A stretch of DNA of 51,920 bases, the filler included, from Catajapyx aquilonaris (Eukaryota), in NCBI GenBank assembly GCA_000934665.2. It is 2 parts of 2 records of this genome, joined end to end, with 100 filler letters (N's around TTAATTAATTAA, not from the genome) between each part and the next. Parts side by side here need not be neighbours in the genome. Positions count along the whole stretch, not along the records: positions 1 to 25,805 come from JYFJ02005297.1; positions 25,906 to 51,920 come from KZ539324.1. One strand, given 5' to 3'. Below are positions 24,317 through 36,489 of this stretch, in pieces. Made by a program: the position numbers and the translations under genes. The notes beneath the pieces were generated by a model, which had not been told where the DNA came from, did not search any database, and saw only the letters and a program-made list of their open reading frames with translations. Position 1 is the first letter of the stretch. Each line of letters starts with the position of its first letter.

Positions 24317-25805
24317 ATAGTTGGGGCCAAGAGGGCCAAGACTGCATTCCAAGAATGACTCATCACAGCTGGCTTACTGAGAAGGACATGAGCTTATCGG
24401 TAGTGATTCATGAACACATGGAAAACCCAAGTTATTGTAAAATGTAGCCAGCCTTCCGACAATATCAAAAATGAGGGGAGCAACCCCCTAAAGTCTCGAA
24501 CTGATAGTGGGCTCTCAAAAGGAAACAGGTCCAGCATCGGTGCCGCGGCCACAATTTGCCTCAACTACGCATCGGTGCACAATTAATATTTTTTAAATGA
24601 TTGTACTATTTGCTCAAAAATGCAAACTAAATGCCACATATCGCAGAAGGAATCAAGCCATATATTGTCTCAAAGATAAAGCTCAAATGTGGTACACATT
24701 TTGATTGGAATATGCCACTTTCAGGGATCATAGATGAGGTCATAAATCATAATAGAGCGTTTAAGACCGGGACCCACTTCGAAATCAGTGTTGGTCACAA
24801 AATAATTAGTACCATTAAAGATAGACACTACCGGTTTCCTACAATGGCTATATCTCAGCTCCTAGTGGTCCGAATTTAATTTATTCATTTTGTTTTATTC
24901 GCCAGCTATCGTGCGGGATCGAACATGTGTAGATTTGTACACACTTTCATGTCGTACTCTTAATAAATTCACAGACTTGCAGCCATTTACGAGATAAATT
25001 TTAAAAACCTATTATCCTCGCCATTTTTCGAAGATGGCGGTGGATTTTCTAGCTGCAATTGCCTTGAACTTTGAATGTGCTATTCTCCACATTTCTTTGA
25101 ACAATACGGTGAACGATTCATTTCTATTGCAGTTTTTCTGACCCCAAACCTCATTTTTTTCTGGACTAATTTAAACCTGCATACGCTGCTCAAATCGGTG
25201 GCTCAAAATTGGATATTCTTGTGAAAATGGCTCTAGAACATGTTCAAACTGTATTCTGACCTTGAATTCATGTTCAAAGACTTATTCATATTGCTTGGAA
25301 TCGACTCCTCAATGGTCAATTTCCGACCAAAAATACCGATTTTGTACCAATTAACGGCGGCCATTTGATTATTGGCCGCCATCTTGAATCCTAAGGGACG
25401 AAATCAAGTCCTGCGGGCAATGATGCTTATACTCACATGGCGTTTTCCATTGTGACGCGTCATGTCAGCACTCGAAAAACTTTGAATTTCCGAAGCAAAA
25501 AGGATTCTCAACCTGTATATCTGTCTCTTGGAACGCACCAACAATCCTGCTCCCTTGCTGGAGACAGCATGCTGTCTCCAGCAGGATGGCGGAGTGACTT
25601 ACATGGTGACCGGTAACTCCCACGCGTCGCTGGAAGGAGACTGTCATCCCAGCCTGTCCCACGCCACCAGGGTATCTCCAGCCACGGTACGTAGAGTGCG
25701 GTATACTGGTACAACATATTCCAGTGTTTCAAACAGCCCGCGCTCTTCGTCACTGCGCGCGCATTCCCGTGACGTCACTCCCCCACCCGCCCCCCTCCGA
25801 CCGAC

Positions 25806-25905
25806 NNNNNNNNNNNNNNNNNNNNNNNNNNNNNNNNNNNNNNNNNNNNTTAATTAATTAANNNNNNNNNNNNNNNNNNNNNNNNNNNNNNNNNNNNNNN
25901 NNNNN
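25806..25905. other. Artificial 100-bp contig spacer with a six-frame stop linker
   Basis: Exactly 44 N + TTAATTAATTAA + 44 N. Confidence 0.92.
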
Positions 25906-25909
25906 TAGT

Positions 25910-27365
25910 TTCCAAAATGAAGGCTAGTTCCCCATTGTGATCGAATATTATTCTGTCTCAATAAAAGTTTGTGACACCTTTTCAATTTGTCTTCACCTAC
26001 CCGTAAGGCACACATGTTGTTACCAAAGTCCGTGATCTTGATAATGTTGGTGTGTGATTTTTGAAAAAGGATTTCATTGGACAATTTCAAAATAAACATC
26101 ACAGCTTGGGGTCAAATTTCATATTCTATCAAAAAGTGCAAATGATATGCAAAATGAAGGCTTGATGGAACCTGAAAGATGACCCAGAATTAGGTGAAAA
26201 TTATACACTGACATTAAAATATCCAACATTAAACTGTATTTAGATCAACCATTGTTATTGAATTACAGTTTATTTTCCAGCAGCATGGGCATGTCTTAGG
26301 TGTACCTATGACTGCTTTACAAACAATATACGAATACAAAAAAATCTTCCGCTCACAGAGTGTGTATCTGAAGGACAAACCTTCACCATAGGCTCAGTTG
26401 CCATCATCATCTACACCTCAACTTAGAGTACAGTACGGACAAGATAACTCATGCCTTTGGGGAGGTTGCTTGTGTCCTTGGCAACCAAATAATTAACTCC
26501 GCCCCCTACCAGTCGACCAATCAGGATTCGATGTCATAGAAGATGGGCGTATGTTCTAAAACTTCACGAATGTGACGAGTTTATTTACACTGACGCAATT
26601 GGTAAGAATGGTAACCCAGCAGAGAGAAAGTATTTCCCCACCAATCGTTCTAAATTCCATGCAAAAAACTCAGCAGGGGGCGGGGCTAATTATGGTTGCC
26701 AAGGACACTAGCCACCTCCCAAAACGCATGAGTTATCTTGTCCCTACTGTAGGTCTATACTACACTCCCACTGTGGGTGTCATGTTGTTGGCTTTCATCT
26801 CTGAAAACCAGTGGGAACTGCATGACATCAATCTCTTGGTATAAAAGAAATGAAGCATTTTCGGTTAGAAAGGATTATATTAATATTTTTCTGCCAGTCC
26901 AATCAACATGAAAGTAGCCAGTGGGATGCTAAGAGTTGTGAATCTAGGTTGCTCTGGCACCCAGAGCAGGCAAGTATTCAGCTCATTAGAGGAGTCAGAA
27001 GCATTGGAAGGTTGACAACAAATGCACTGAAATAGGGGAAACTAGGCATGCCAAACAGGTTCTCCCAGCATAGTCAGTGTGCATCTGGCTCAACAGAATA
27101 ATTTACTTGTAACAGTAACCTGTACATGATGGGATTTTCCTTTCATAAACACAGTGATTAACTCCAATGGGTATTAATGCAAATATATACCTATGCTAAG
27201 CAGGGTGGAGACACTTTCAGCCTTCCTTTTTTCAACTGCATACATCAGAGCAGGGCCCCGGTGATTCCTTTTCTTATAGCTGGCGCAGAAGACTGAATTG
27301 CCATCACATTTTCTCCAGATATTGCAGTCTTCAAGCTGCTTTCCAAATAACTATCAGTTTCACTC
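25910..27365 (-). pseudogene. Possible decayed ankyrin-repeat gene
   Basis: GPALMYAVEKRKAESVSTLLSIG, then a GT-AG intron (27120-27190), then in frame past one TAA to DYAGRTCL. Further SLHFA and GTSLHF pieces at 25910-26170. Heavily degraded. Confidence 0.4.
26431..26749. mobile_element. MITE with TA TSD
   Basis: About 80-bp TIR CAGTA(C/G)GGACAAGATAACTCATGC. Confidence 0.8.
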
Positions 27366-27525
27366 AAAGAAATAAAAACATAAAACAGATTATATATTTG
27401 CAGTAGTCATTAACATAATAATAATAACAACAACAACAACAACTGCAACAGCCAGCATAATTCCTACCCCTGCAGATGCTCTGACAACACCATAGGATTC
27501 AGGGAATACTCTGTCTATTCTGACA

Positions 27526-28580
27526 AGGAACCTTTCCATGGTGATAATAACGGATCAAGATGAAACTGAATATGCTAATCACTGATCACGGAATCACTGA
27601 ATATGCTAATCAAGGACAATATATGCTAACCAACAATGAAGTCATTTCGAGCTGAGACACATATCTGCAAAAGTTATGAGATGTTAAAGTGCCAAAAATA
27701 GTACATTTCCATACGCAGTGGGATTACATTAGCAACCACATAATTATAATGACATGAAGTATGTAATCAGTTTCATTGTACCAAATTCACATGATTTAAC
27801 TGTTGTACAGTTTATTTATACACAGTTCACTTTTCCATGAATGGTTTATACAGTGTTTATACAGCGGTACATATAGGTGGTTCTGCATAAACCATTCATT
27901 AAAAAGTGAACTGTGTATGTGTAAATAAATTGCATGAAATTGCATGACAGTTAAATAATGTGAATTTGGTACAGTAAAACTGATTACATACTTCAATGTC
28001 ATTATATGTAGTCGCTAACGTCATCCCATTGCGTATGGAAATGTACAATCCCGTTCATAAAGAATGGTACAACTCTATGGACGAAATGTTTATCCTGATT
28101 ATCCAGCATTATTCCCAAGCTTATTTCGACGAAGCCCTATGGACAACCTTTTCTGGACCTCTGGTGACTCGTATGACCCATCCCAATTTTGAAATAAAAA
28201 TTTTAATTACCAAAATGTCCAACCAGACCAATGATCAAGTAGAATTGATGTGCATTTCCCCCCTAAAATTTTCTTAATTTGATTTGTTTTCTTCTCTTTT
28301 TTATTTGATATTGATTCCCTTTTCCCAGACTTCCTCATGGCCCCTAAAAACATGCTGGTGACCCAGGGGTTGAGAACAGGATAAACATTTTGTCCATATA
28401 GAGTCGTACCATTCTTTATGAACGATACTGTACTCTTTTTGGCACTTTAACATCTCTGAACTTTTGCAAATATGAGCCTCTGCATGAAATGACTTCATTT
28501 TTGGTTATCATAATTATATTGTCCCTTATTAGTATATGCAGTTTCTTCTAGATTCGTTATTATCACCCCGGAAAGGTCCT
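27526..28580. mobile_element. Old foldback element with a nested Tc1/mariner-type MITE (28046-28430) and a small central hairpin
   Basis: 27526-27803 matches the reverse complement of 27947-28045 plus 28431-28580; inner TIR CGTTCATAAAGAATGGTAC. Confidence 0.7.
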
Positions 28581-28601
28581 GTGTGAGTTTATTGTATTAT
28601 A

Positions 28602-29290
28602 CAGGGTGTTTCACTAGGTAGTCCCCCACAAAGAATCGACTATATTTTTATTCCTACTCTACCTAGAAACATGATGTTTGGTTTAAAACTCTCGGTAGTT
28701 CATGGGAATGTAGCACCATTCACAATAAATGCTTTACTTGACCTTCAACGACCTCTATATGCACTCGAAGCGATTCGAAGCACCACTCCTTATTATTGAA
28801 ATCCTTCAGCAGCATATCGACATTAATAGTCAGGATAGGTGCACTGAATGTTTTGAACCAATACAGTGGCAAATGACCTCCTTCGGTGGTAGAAAAAACC
28901 GAAAAAATGAAGCACAGGCTGCTGGAATGTCCGAAAAAGTCACCACGATTTTGTCACAAGAAACTGGGTATGATGTTTTTACTTGCCAAAGAGCCGCGAA
29001 TGAAGATATTTGAAGAGTTGTGCTTACAACAGTGACCCTCGACGTTAGAAGACTTGGAAAGCAACATAAATGCAGCAATCCCGAATGAAGATATGCTGCG
29101 GAGGATCTTCGATAATAATAAGGAGATTCGGGTCAGGTTGCGTTCGAGTGTATATGAAGTTCGTTGAAGAACAATCCCAGCATTTAATGCAAATGGTGCT
29201 ACATTCCCATGAACTAAGGTAACTTTTAAACCAAACCTCACCTTTCTAGGTAGAGTAGTAAGAAAATTATAGTCGATTCTTTGGGGGGAA
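28602..29290 (+). mobile_element. Tc1/mariner deletion derivative with a transposase C-terminal remnant
   Basis: TA|CAGGGTG start; inverted subterminal arms; LEDLESNINAAI…DMLRRIFDN remnant near 29045-29140. Confidence 0.65.
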
Positions 29291-29984
29291 GAATATAATG
29301 TGTCATATTTACCTCACTCCCCAAAATGAAGGAGGGGGAATGAAGTGGACTAGGAATAGGGTGTGGAAGTTAAGTCACATGGGGTCACCTGCCTTTCAAC
29401 TGGCCTGGAGTGATCGCAGGCAGAAAAATCAAGAGTTTTGGCCCTTGTTTACATAGGAAGGGATCTAACCTTCTCCTGCAAAGTACCTTATATGACTCGA
29501 AAATCTATCTACCTCCCACTGGGAAAGGGCAATTGGGCCGTGAAAAGGCTCACTAAATCATAAATTGATGTTTTCTGAAAGTTTCATTATGAAACAGGCA
29601 GCCTGGTTTTGATAATGACGTATTCACATACTGACAAGCATTTATGAACTCCACAGCAATGCTGTGGCGTTCATAAATGCTTGTCATTATGTGAATACGC
29701 CATTTAATGCCACTTTTGCTCACTTTGTTCGTAAGGCTGGAGCGCACTGATTGACTAACCAAAAACCAAGGGTTTTGACTCATTACAAAGTGTTGTGGGA
29801 ATAACTCCACCTACAATTAATAAAATGGTGAAACCCATCATTTTTACCGTGATCCCAGCCCTAAGTTTGCAAAATGTTCAAAGTGCACTAATTTGTTCAA
29901 AATGTACCATGGAAGAGTAAGATTCATATTTAATATGTTTCACTCTCACCTTATTAGTCATTATTAATTTCCCAGCCATATGTA

Positions 29985-30125
29985 CCATCAGTCCAAAAAG
30001 AACTTTCCCAGTCATCCTGATGTGTGTGCTGCCCGCTCGACACACACCATGTAACTTACATGGTGTGTGTCGAGCGGCCAGCCCACACGTCAGGATGACT
30101 GGGAAAGTTCTTTTTGAACTGTTGA
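29985..30125. mobile_element. About 140-bp palindromic MITE with a 1-nt loop; inverted copy at 34964-35104
   Basis: Centre CCATGTAA-c-TTACATGG; flanked by TA. Confidence 0.85.
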
Positions 30126-30289
30126 TACAGCCCTGAGTATAAAGGTGGAGACAGCAGGCCCTCTCATCCAGCAAGGTTTTCTGCCAATCCCCGCCATTAT
30201 GGTATCAAATATATGGTAAAATTCACGAACACACACCTAAAGCAGCTACCTGGGCCCAAAGTCCATTAATTTGAGGCGGATAATCCGAA

Positions 30290-30480
30290 GCAGTTGGTGT
30301 GGTGGTCAAGGAGTCTGACTGCTAATAATCGGGAGGTCCTGGGTTCGAGTCCTGGGGCCAGCGATCCTGACCATGGTTTTCTGTGGTTTCCCATGGTCCC
30401 CCCAGGATAATTCCGGGGTCGCTTCCGTATAATAGGCCACAGCCGCTTCCTTCCCTATCCTTGGCCCGATCCACACGCGA
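30290..30480 (+). mobile_element. tRNA-derived SINE with a Deu-like core
   Basis: A box TGGTGTGGTGG and B box GGTTCGAGTCC, followed by GGTTTTCTGTGGTTTCCC…GGCCACAGCCGCTTCCTTCCC. Confidence 0.7.
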
Positions 30481-30572
30481 ATGTTTCAAAAATAATTTGA
30501 GTAGTAAAATGGTGGTATCCCATCCCTCTAATGGAGCGCTGATCCTCCCAATGCAATGGGGTAAAATAAATA

Positions 30573-30970
30573 AGGTCCCTGATGATAATATGGCCATAGA
30601 AGGTAATGTGGCCAATGGACTGTATCTCGGTTAGTTACAGCCGAATCCGGGAGATAGTGCCTGCATGGTGTTCAGGCAGGTCTCTAGAGGGGTGATGCTG
30701 CATATCATTACTTGGTGCCGCGCAGTTCGGTGCCGGCCCGCCATATTGCCGAAAGAATCGTGTCGAGCAAAGTGCGTTCTTAATTTCTGCATGTAAGTTG
30801 GCCATTGTTTTCAGGTCCCATTGGCGTGCAGTTACAATTGTGCGATTGTTTCATATGCACATTTTAATGCTTATTCCAGTACACACATTGTGATTTGAGT
30901 TACTCCAACTATGACGCCTTCATTTAGGATTTTCTATAAAATCGTCTTGGTTGAAATTATGGCTATGTTG

Positions 30971-31006
<36 letters not shown>

Positions 31007-31738
31007 NAATCGTCATTTTGTGAACTCCCCCGGGTGGCTTAGTCTGCCGGAAATTGCCACCCGAAACGAAGCCAGAGATGGCCCAACTCTGCACGAAAGA
31101 AGGTGGGAACCCCGGGTGGGGATTGAACCCGGGACCTTAACTTCCGTGGGCGCGCGCGTTACCGCGGCGCCACTCCGTCTCCCCGATCTATGTTGGCCAT
31201 ATTAGAAAGAAACAAAAGAAACCTACGAAGAAAAGGCCTTCGCAGAAGGAGAATGTAAGGACATTAAGGGGAAATTAAGAAGAAGAAAAAGTTGCAGTGA
31301 TTTCTGAGTCTTCCATTTTCAGCTTTTCCTTACATCCTTCGATTCTTATTGCAGTGGCAATGCAGTGGCATTTATTTGATAAGTACTTATGCAATTAAAT
31401 TTTTTCCTTAGTTTCTATTACTGAACTTAATCTTCATGTAAGGAGTTACAACAAAACACCAGTTACTCTGCTAAATGTTCATGAACATTTTTTTAGGCGA
31501 GCGAAAGTTTGTTGGCCATATTAACATCACATGTTTTTAATATGGCCAAATGGCAGACCTTTGGGCGAAAATGTTTTCCCCATTGTTCCCTTTCAGCTAT
31601 ACGTCGGATTATTTTTTCCTCCACTAGCATGGTTCCAACAACTAGCAAGATACTGTACATTGTTTTTTCAAAATTTACCAATACGGCTTCAGGAAAATTC
31701 GCCAAAGCTTAGCTTGGCCATATTATCATCAGGTACCT
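30573..31738. mobile_element. Non-autonomous TIR element hosting a SINE insertion
   Basis: TIR AGGT(C/A)CCTGATGATAATATGGCCA at both ends; superfamily unclear. Confidence 0.65.
30974..31187 (-). mobile_element. Young tRNA-derived SINE with poly(A) tail
   Basis: Perfect 11-bp TSD CTATGTTGGCC (30963 and 31188); A tail of about 33 nt. A box GTGGCGCCGCGG and B box GGTTCAATCCC; the head resembles tRNA-Arg(ACG). Confidence 0.88.
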
Positions 31739-32002
31739 TAATTAATAAATAAATAAAATAATTTGAGGCGGTTAAAGAATGGTCAGAGTAGGCCTGCAGC
31801 GTCTCCAACTTTATGCTCGGGGCTGCACATAAATACCAACTGAAGCCAGGAGGAGAGTACTTATTAAAACAAATAATTATTTTGAGAAAGTGCAGTACCA
31901 ATAAGGCCTTAAAAATATACTGGAAAAGAACACATCAACACCATAACAAAGAATACGGTACAAGTAACTTACACATAATACTGTCCATATTCTTCCTCTT
32001 CA

Positions 32003-32420
32003 CTACTGGCATCGTTTCCTCTTCTTCCCGCCTGGTGTCTTCCTCTTCTTCCCGCCTGGTGTCTTCCTCTTCTTCCCCAGTACTGCTGCCGCCTCTTTTT
32101 CCTCGTCTTCCCTGGTGTCTTCATCACTCAAGTCTGGCCAGTTGTAAATAATGTTGAAAATACGGACTTCAATATCATCATCATCATCAGACGAGTCCTC
32201 ATCTTCATCTACTGTTTCCCCTTGGCTGTCATCATCATCATCTTCACCAGTAGAATTCTCTTCATCTACTGTTTCCCCTTGGCAGTCATCATCACCTTCA
32301 CCTTGAGAATTCGCTTCACCGCCTTCTTCCAATTGATCACTCTCTTTCTTCACACTATTGGAAGTCTGGTTCTCTATAGTGCTCGGATTGCTCGGGGAAT
32401 GCCCTTCTTCCATACCTTCC
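32003..32420 (-). CDS. Terminal exon of an orphan gene: Asp/Glu-rich region and C-terminal (GKKRKTPG)n repeats
   Basis: Acceptor ttattttatag (32421); phase 2; open to TAG at 32003. Its internal 57-nt and 24-nt repeats both preserve the frame. Confidence 0.75.
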
Positions 32421-32574
32421 CTATAAAATAATCTGAATTAGATGATGCCAAAGATAATTCAGGTGACCCCCAATGGCTTAAGAAGCAAGTAAGTGTTGCA
32501 AGATACCCATAGTTGTGTAGCGTGATGACTGAAGAATGGATTTTTAGAGCCCCAAAAATATCCCCCAAAAAAGG

Positions 32575-32785
32575 TACCGGTAGGCATTTAGGTCCTGAAA
32601 ACAGTCAAAATAGGCAGTAAAAATCAAGCAGGTTCTAATTAATTTTGATTCCTAAACAATACTACAGCCTACTCTTGGTCATGGCATATTGTAGCACAAT
32701 AACTAACACTAGCAGTTGTTCCATAATTATTCCATTGGTTAGTTGGCGACACCAGTCTGACAATACAATCATCTTTATATGCTGA
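32575..32785 (+). repeat. Diverged dispersed repeat; direct copy at about 35750-35958
   Basis: Shared GTAGGCATTT…GCAGTAAAAATCAAGCAGG…CATTGGTTAGT.GGCGAC. Confidence 0.7.
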
Positions 32786-32849
32786 AACTGACTTTTCGAC
32801 ATCACACAAAGTAACTGGATCATACTTGAAACGTGAAATATCTTCTTAC

Positions 32850-32903
32850 AGCTCCAGTTCATCTGGTATGCTTACAGCTTCTTCTTCGTGAGGTGAAATT
32901 AGT
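32850..32903 (-). CDS. Internal exon of the orphan gene (LISPHEEEAVSIPDELEL)
   Basis: AG acceptor and GTAAGA donor; 54 nt; phase 2/2, compatible with both neighbours. The polypyrimidine tract is weak. Confidence 0.5.
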
Positions 32904-33674
32904 CTGTTATTTCAGGCCGGAATAAAATAAAATAAAATAAAATAAAATAAAATAAATAAATAAAAGGGCCTAATGGAAGTTTGCCGGGCCTGGCCTTTTG
33001 AATATGTTATAACCGAAAGTCCATTATATCCGAAGCTGTTATCTACAGATTCAACTGGGTCATTACATCTCAATTCTGTAAATATTCTGAAAAGTTGTGG
33101 CTCAACCCCTTCCGATTTAATTGTAAAAAAAAAAATCAGGTAGGTAGGGATCTGTACCTTATTGCGAAATCCTAAGTGAGGCCGATGAGATGGAGTCAAA
33201 TCTCACAGAGATATACAGGGGTTGGACAAAATAATAGGAACACCTGCAAAAAGCGGCTAAACTTCGCGTCTGGTTTTTTCGAAAACTGGAAAGGTTACAG
33301 AGGTGACTTTTACCAGGTTGTGAAGCTCTGTCAATGTACATTAAATGTACGGACGAAAGCCGTGCCGAGGAAGGGGGGGGGGGGGGNGGAAGTAAGCCGG
33401 AAAGTAAGGTCCGTTATTTATTTTAAAAAACCACAATGCGCCCCCAAAATTTTTATTTACACATCTGAAATCAACAACTGTCTACTTTATTTTTTCAAAA
33501 TAGTTTCCAAACAAATCAAGGCATTTTTCATTTGAGTTACACAAGATTTTGTGGGCCTATATATGTCATCGAGTTCTGCCGCCAGCCATTTCCGTTATCC
33601 CTGAACGCTGGATTGCAACTCCTCGTCATGGTCAACCTTCTGCTATGCAAGTCATTTCTTTGAGCCCCATAGTA

Positions 33675-34032
33675 TTGTGGGGCTCAAATTCGTTTGGCCA
33701 CTTTATCCTGGTATTGAAGCAACCCTTCGCACAGGCCCCACAGTGAAGGCCGGTATCCACGTACGAGATTCTCGCATACGAGGAGCCAACTGCGCATGCC
33801 CGGATACGAGGAAAGAGGAAAAGTTGAAAATTTTCAACTTTAATCCCCTTTTCGAGGGACAAGAGGGGCCCTGAGGCGACAAAGAGTCCGTCTCGACGTA
33901 CAAGTTTTCTCGCATAAGAGGACTCGCATACGAGGAACTCGCACGTCGATACCGGCTTTCGAGGAAGTGTGTTTGTGTGAAGGGTTGCTTCAAGACCAGG
34001 ATAAAGTGGCCAAAAGAATATGAGCCCCATAG
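33675..34032. mobile_element. MITE with TA TSD, abutting the end of a related copy
   Basis: About 55-bp TIR (GGGGCTCA…TGGCCACTTTATCCTGG). Confidence 0.75.
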
Positions 34033-34352
34033 TAGGCCTACATGTCGGTTTTCATAATCATACAATACCGGTATATAGTTAAGAAGTTATTGAGGAATGT
34101 TTGGGTTTCCATTCGCGAGAATCACCCTACGGTACAATAACAATAACAGAGCGTCATACTCTCTATAGATTATGCCCCTTTAAATACGTTTAATCAAAAT
34201 AATAAAATTGACCAAAAATTTTAAGTTTGTTTTCGGACACATGCAATTATGCAAGTGAGGTTGTTACTATCATTGGCAAATGCATTCGGCGGAATAACCC
34301 TATGAAAAAACACTATTCCGTCCGGAACGATGCAATGCTATGATCAGCTTAA

Positions 34353-34639
34353 CCCTGGAACCGTGCCGTGGGGTCTTTTTGGACCCCAAGGGAAAAAATT
34401 CATTAAATGACCATTACAATGAACTTTTGCAATTTTTTTACAGTATATAACAGGAAGTGCAGGTTTATTTTGAATTAGCGATCATTTTAGGCATTGTTCA
34501 AAGAATGATTGTATATAGTCAATACACTGAAAAGTATTATATAATAATTAATAAAAATTAAAATATGGTGAGGTCCGAAAAGACCCCACGGCACGGTTGC
34601 CGTAATACTCGTAGGCACGGCACGCGCACGGTTCCAGGG
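34353..34639. mobile_element. piggyBac-like MITE
   Basis: TTAA|CCCTGGAACCGTGC … GCACGGTTCCAGGG|TTAA. Confidence 0.85.
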
Positions 34640-34963
34640 TTAAGATAGCCGACTTTGGCTGATCACGTTTGACGAAGAGACCGACTTTGGCTAATTTCGC
34701 AGATTTCCGCCTGTTATTGTTATGGACCCCCAAGAAAATTCATTGCGATCAGGCTCTTTGGCTCATTAGGTGCGCCTTCACTTTTAAGATTTTAATGATG
34801 GAGGTGGTGTTAACTCAAAAACCACAAAAAACGAAGAGAGCCTCTTTTAGACCCTGCATGATCCTGTCCACGGACGATCAGAGCAGTTCTATAAGACTTT
34901 CTTTGTCTGCTCTCTGCACCAGCTCTCCGAAGTGACTATACCTCATTGTCCCTACCTGTTGTA

Positions 34964-35104
34964 ACAACAGTGCAAAAAGAACTGTCCCAGTCATCCTGAC
35001 GTGTGGGCTGGCCGCTCGACACACACCATGTAAGTTACATGGTGTGTGTCGAGCGGGCAGCACACACATCAGGATGACCGGGACAGTTCTTTTTGAACTG
35101 ATGA
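34964..35104. mobile_element. Second copy of the ~140-bp palindromic MITE
   Basis: Reverse complement of 29985-30125. Confidence 0.85.
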
Positions 35105-36216
35105 TACCTATAGTGTAGTTACTACAGTGCAGTACTGTACTGTACTGTACATTAGGATGGTCCCCTCTCAACTTCATGTCACAATCACAACCACACGAAC
35201 TCACGAAGCAAGTTTTTGTCAATATAAAAAATCTCACATCTACGGTACCGTATATTCCTGAAACATACTCAAATCATACCGGAAAAAATTATGCGCGATA
35301 AAAAAAATTGAGCGAGCTAATGTCATTTAAATGCTCACTAGAATGGGGTTAAAAAAAACCACGTTTCATGTTACGGTGATGCCCATTTTTCCTGAGGCCC
35401 TACACACCCCTGACGGTAAATTCATGATATGGCCTGCATCGCAGATGTGGAAAGAAAAGTGACCCGTGACGCATATACTGTACAGGTGCGTTATCAGTTT
35501 TTCCCCTTTTCGCACCTTCTGCTACGCAGCAGGAAATGACAAGGAAGCTGGAGCTACTACGGGTAAACAGGGAACATGGCACCTTGCATGACTCAACCAA
35601 GCGTCACAAGCGTTACACTAGATGATTTTTTTTTAAAGAATTACACTTGCAATACCGACCGAATTTAGGATGCTTAAATATTTTACTTCTGCTGTTGATG
35701 TAAGCTAATAATTAAAAACTGATTTTTAGATTCTAAAAAAACCCAAAAAAGGTAGGCATTTGGGTCCTGAATACTTAAATATGCAGTAAAAATCAAGCAG
35801 GTCCTAATTAATTTTCATTTCTATACAATATTACCGCCTACTATTGGCCATTGAATTTTGCAGCACAATAACAAACTAGCAGTTTGTTCCGTAATTTCAT
35901 TGGTTAGTCGGCGACGCGACGCCTGTCGAACACATAACAATACATATTTATATGCTGAGGTTCCAAATCCCGAAATAGGCAATTTTAGGCACTACAATAC
36001 TACAATTTTTGAGGTCCTTGTGCTATAAAACTGATAGATATTTCGGTTCCGGTGTTCTGCCTCCGTAATAAAAAGGAAGTAAAAACCTAGCAATCAGTTA
36101 GTCCTTTTCTCAAGAGAGTACGCACAGACAGAGGTACACGGTAACACGACACATGACAAGTGTTCCAAAAGCAGGCAGATGGAACCAATGTAATGTCTGT
36201 ATGAACCACGACTCAC

Positions 36217-36302
36217 CTTGGGGTATCCCTTCGCACTTTGCTCCTAGTACGTCCGGCTATCGAGGAGCACTGCTGATCCTGTGGAGTTGGCCTGGCTGAC
36301 AT
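36217..36302 (-). CDS. First coding exon of the orphan gene (MSARPTPQDQQCSSIAGRTRSKVRRDTP)
   Basis: ATG at 36302; strong donor AAG|GTGAGT (phase 2); lies just downstream of a promoter-like motif cluster. Confidence 0.6.
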
Positions 36303-36489
36303 AGTTCAATGGCTGATCAAGACGGATTCAGAAAAGACACTACCACACTCGCCAAGATCAAACCACCGTCTTTGCTCCGTTTGCTGTTTCCTGTTTGCCT
36401 TTCACTTCTCCAGCGATTCTCCAGTTCGAGTCTCCAGTCTCCACCCACAAGGGTGTTTACACGTTCTGGTATTGTGGAGTGGGCATAGG

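Noticed and set aside
26022..26070. IIKITDFG on the - strand, resembling a kinase DFG motif
   Set aside because: No HRD or APE motif at the expected spacing; the flanking sequence looks ankyrin-like or random.
31008..31100. Possible ribozyme in the SINE 3' part
   Set aside because: No hammerhead CUGANGA/GAAA core or HDV-like pseudoknot could be assembled by eye; only a simple hairpin is present.
31100..31185. Possible tRNA gene
   Set aside because: The anticodon stem does not pair, and the poly(A) tail and TSD identify it as a SINE.
32990..33087. Possible extra exon of the orphan gene
   Set aside because: An acceptor is present but no phase-2 donor was found; the frame runs into an (AAAAT)n microsatellite and a stop.
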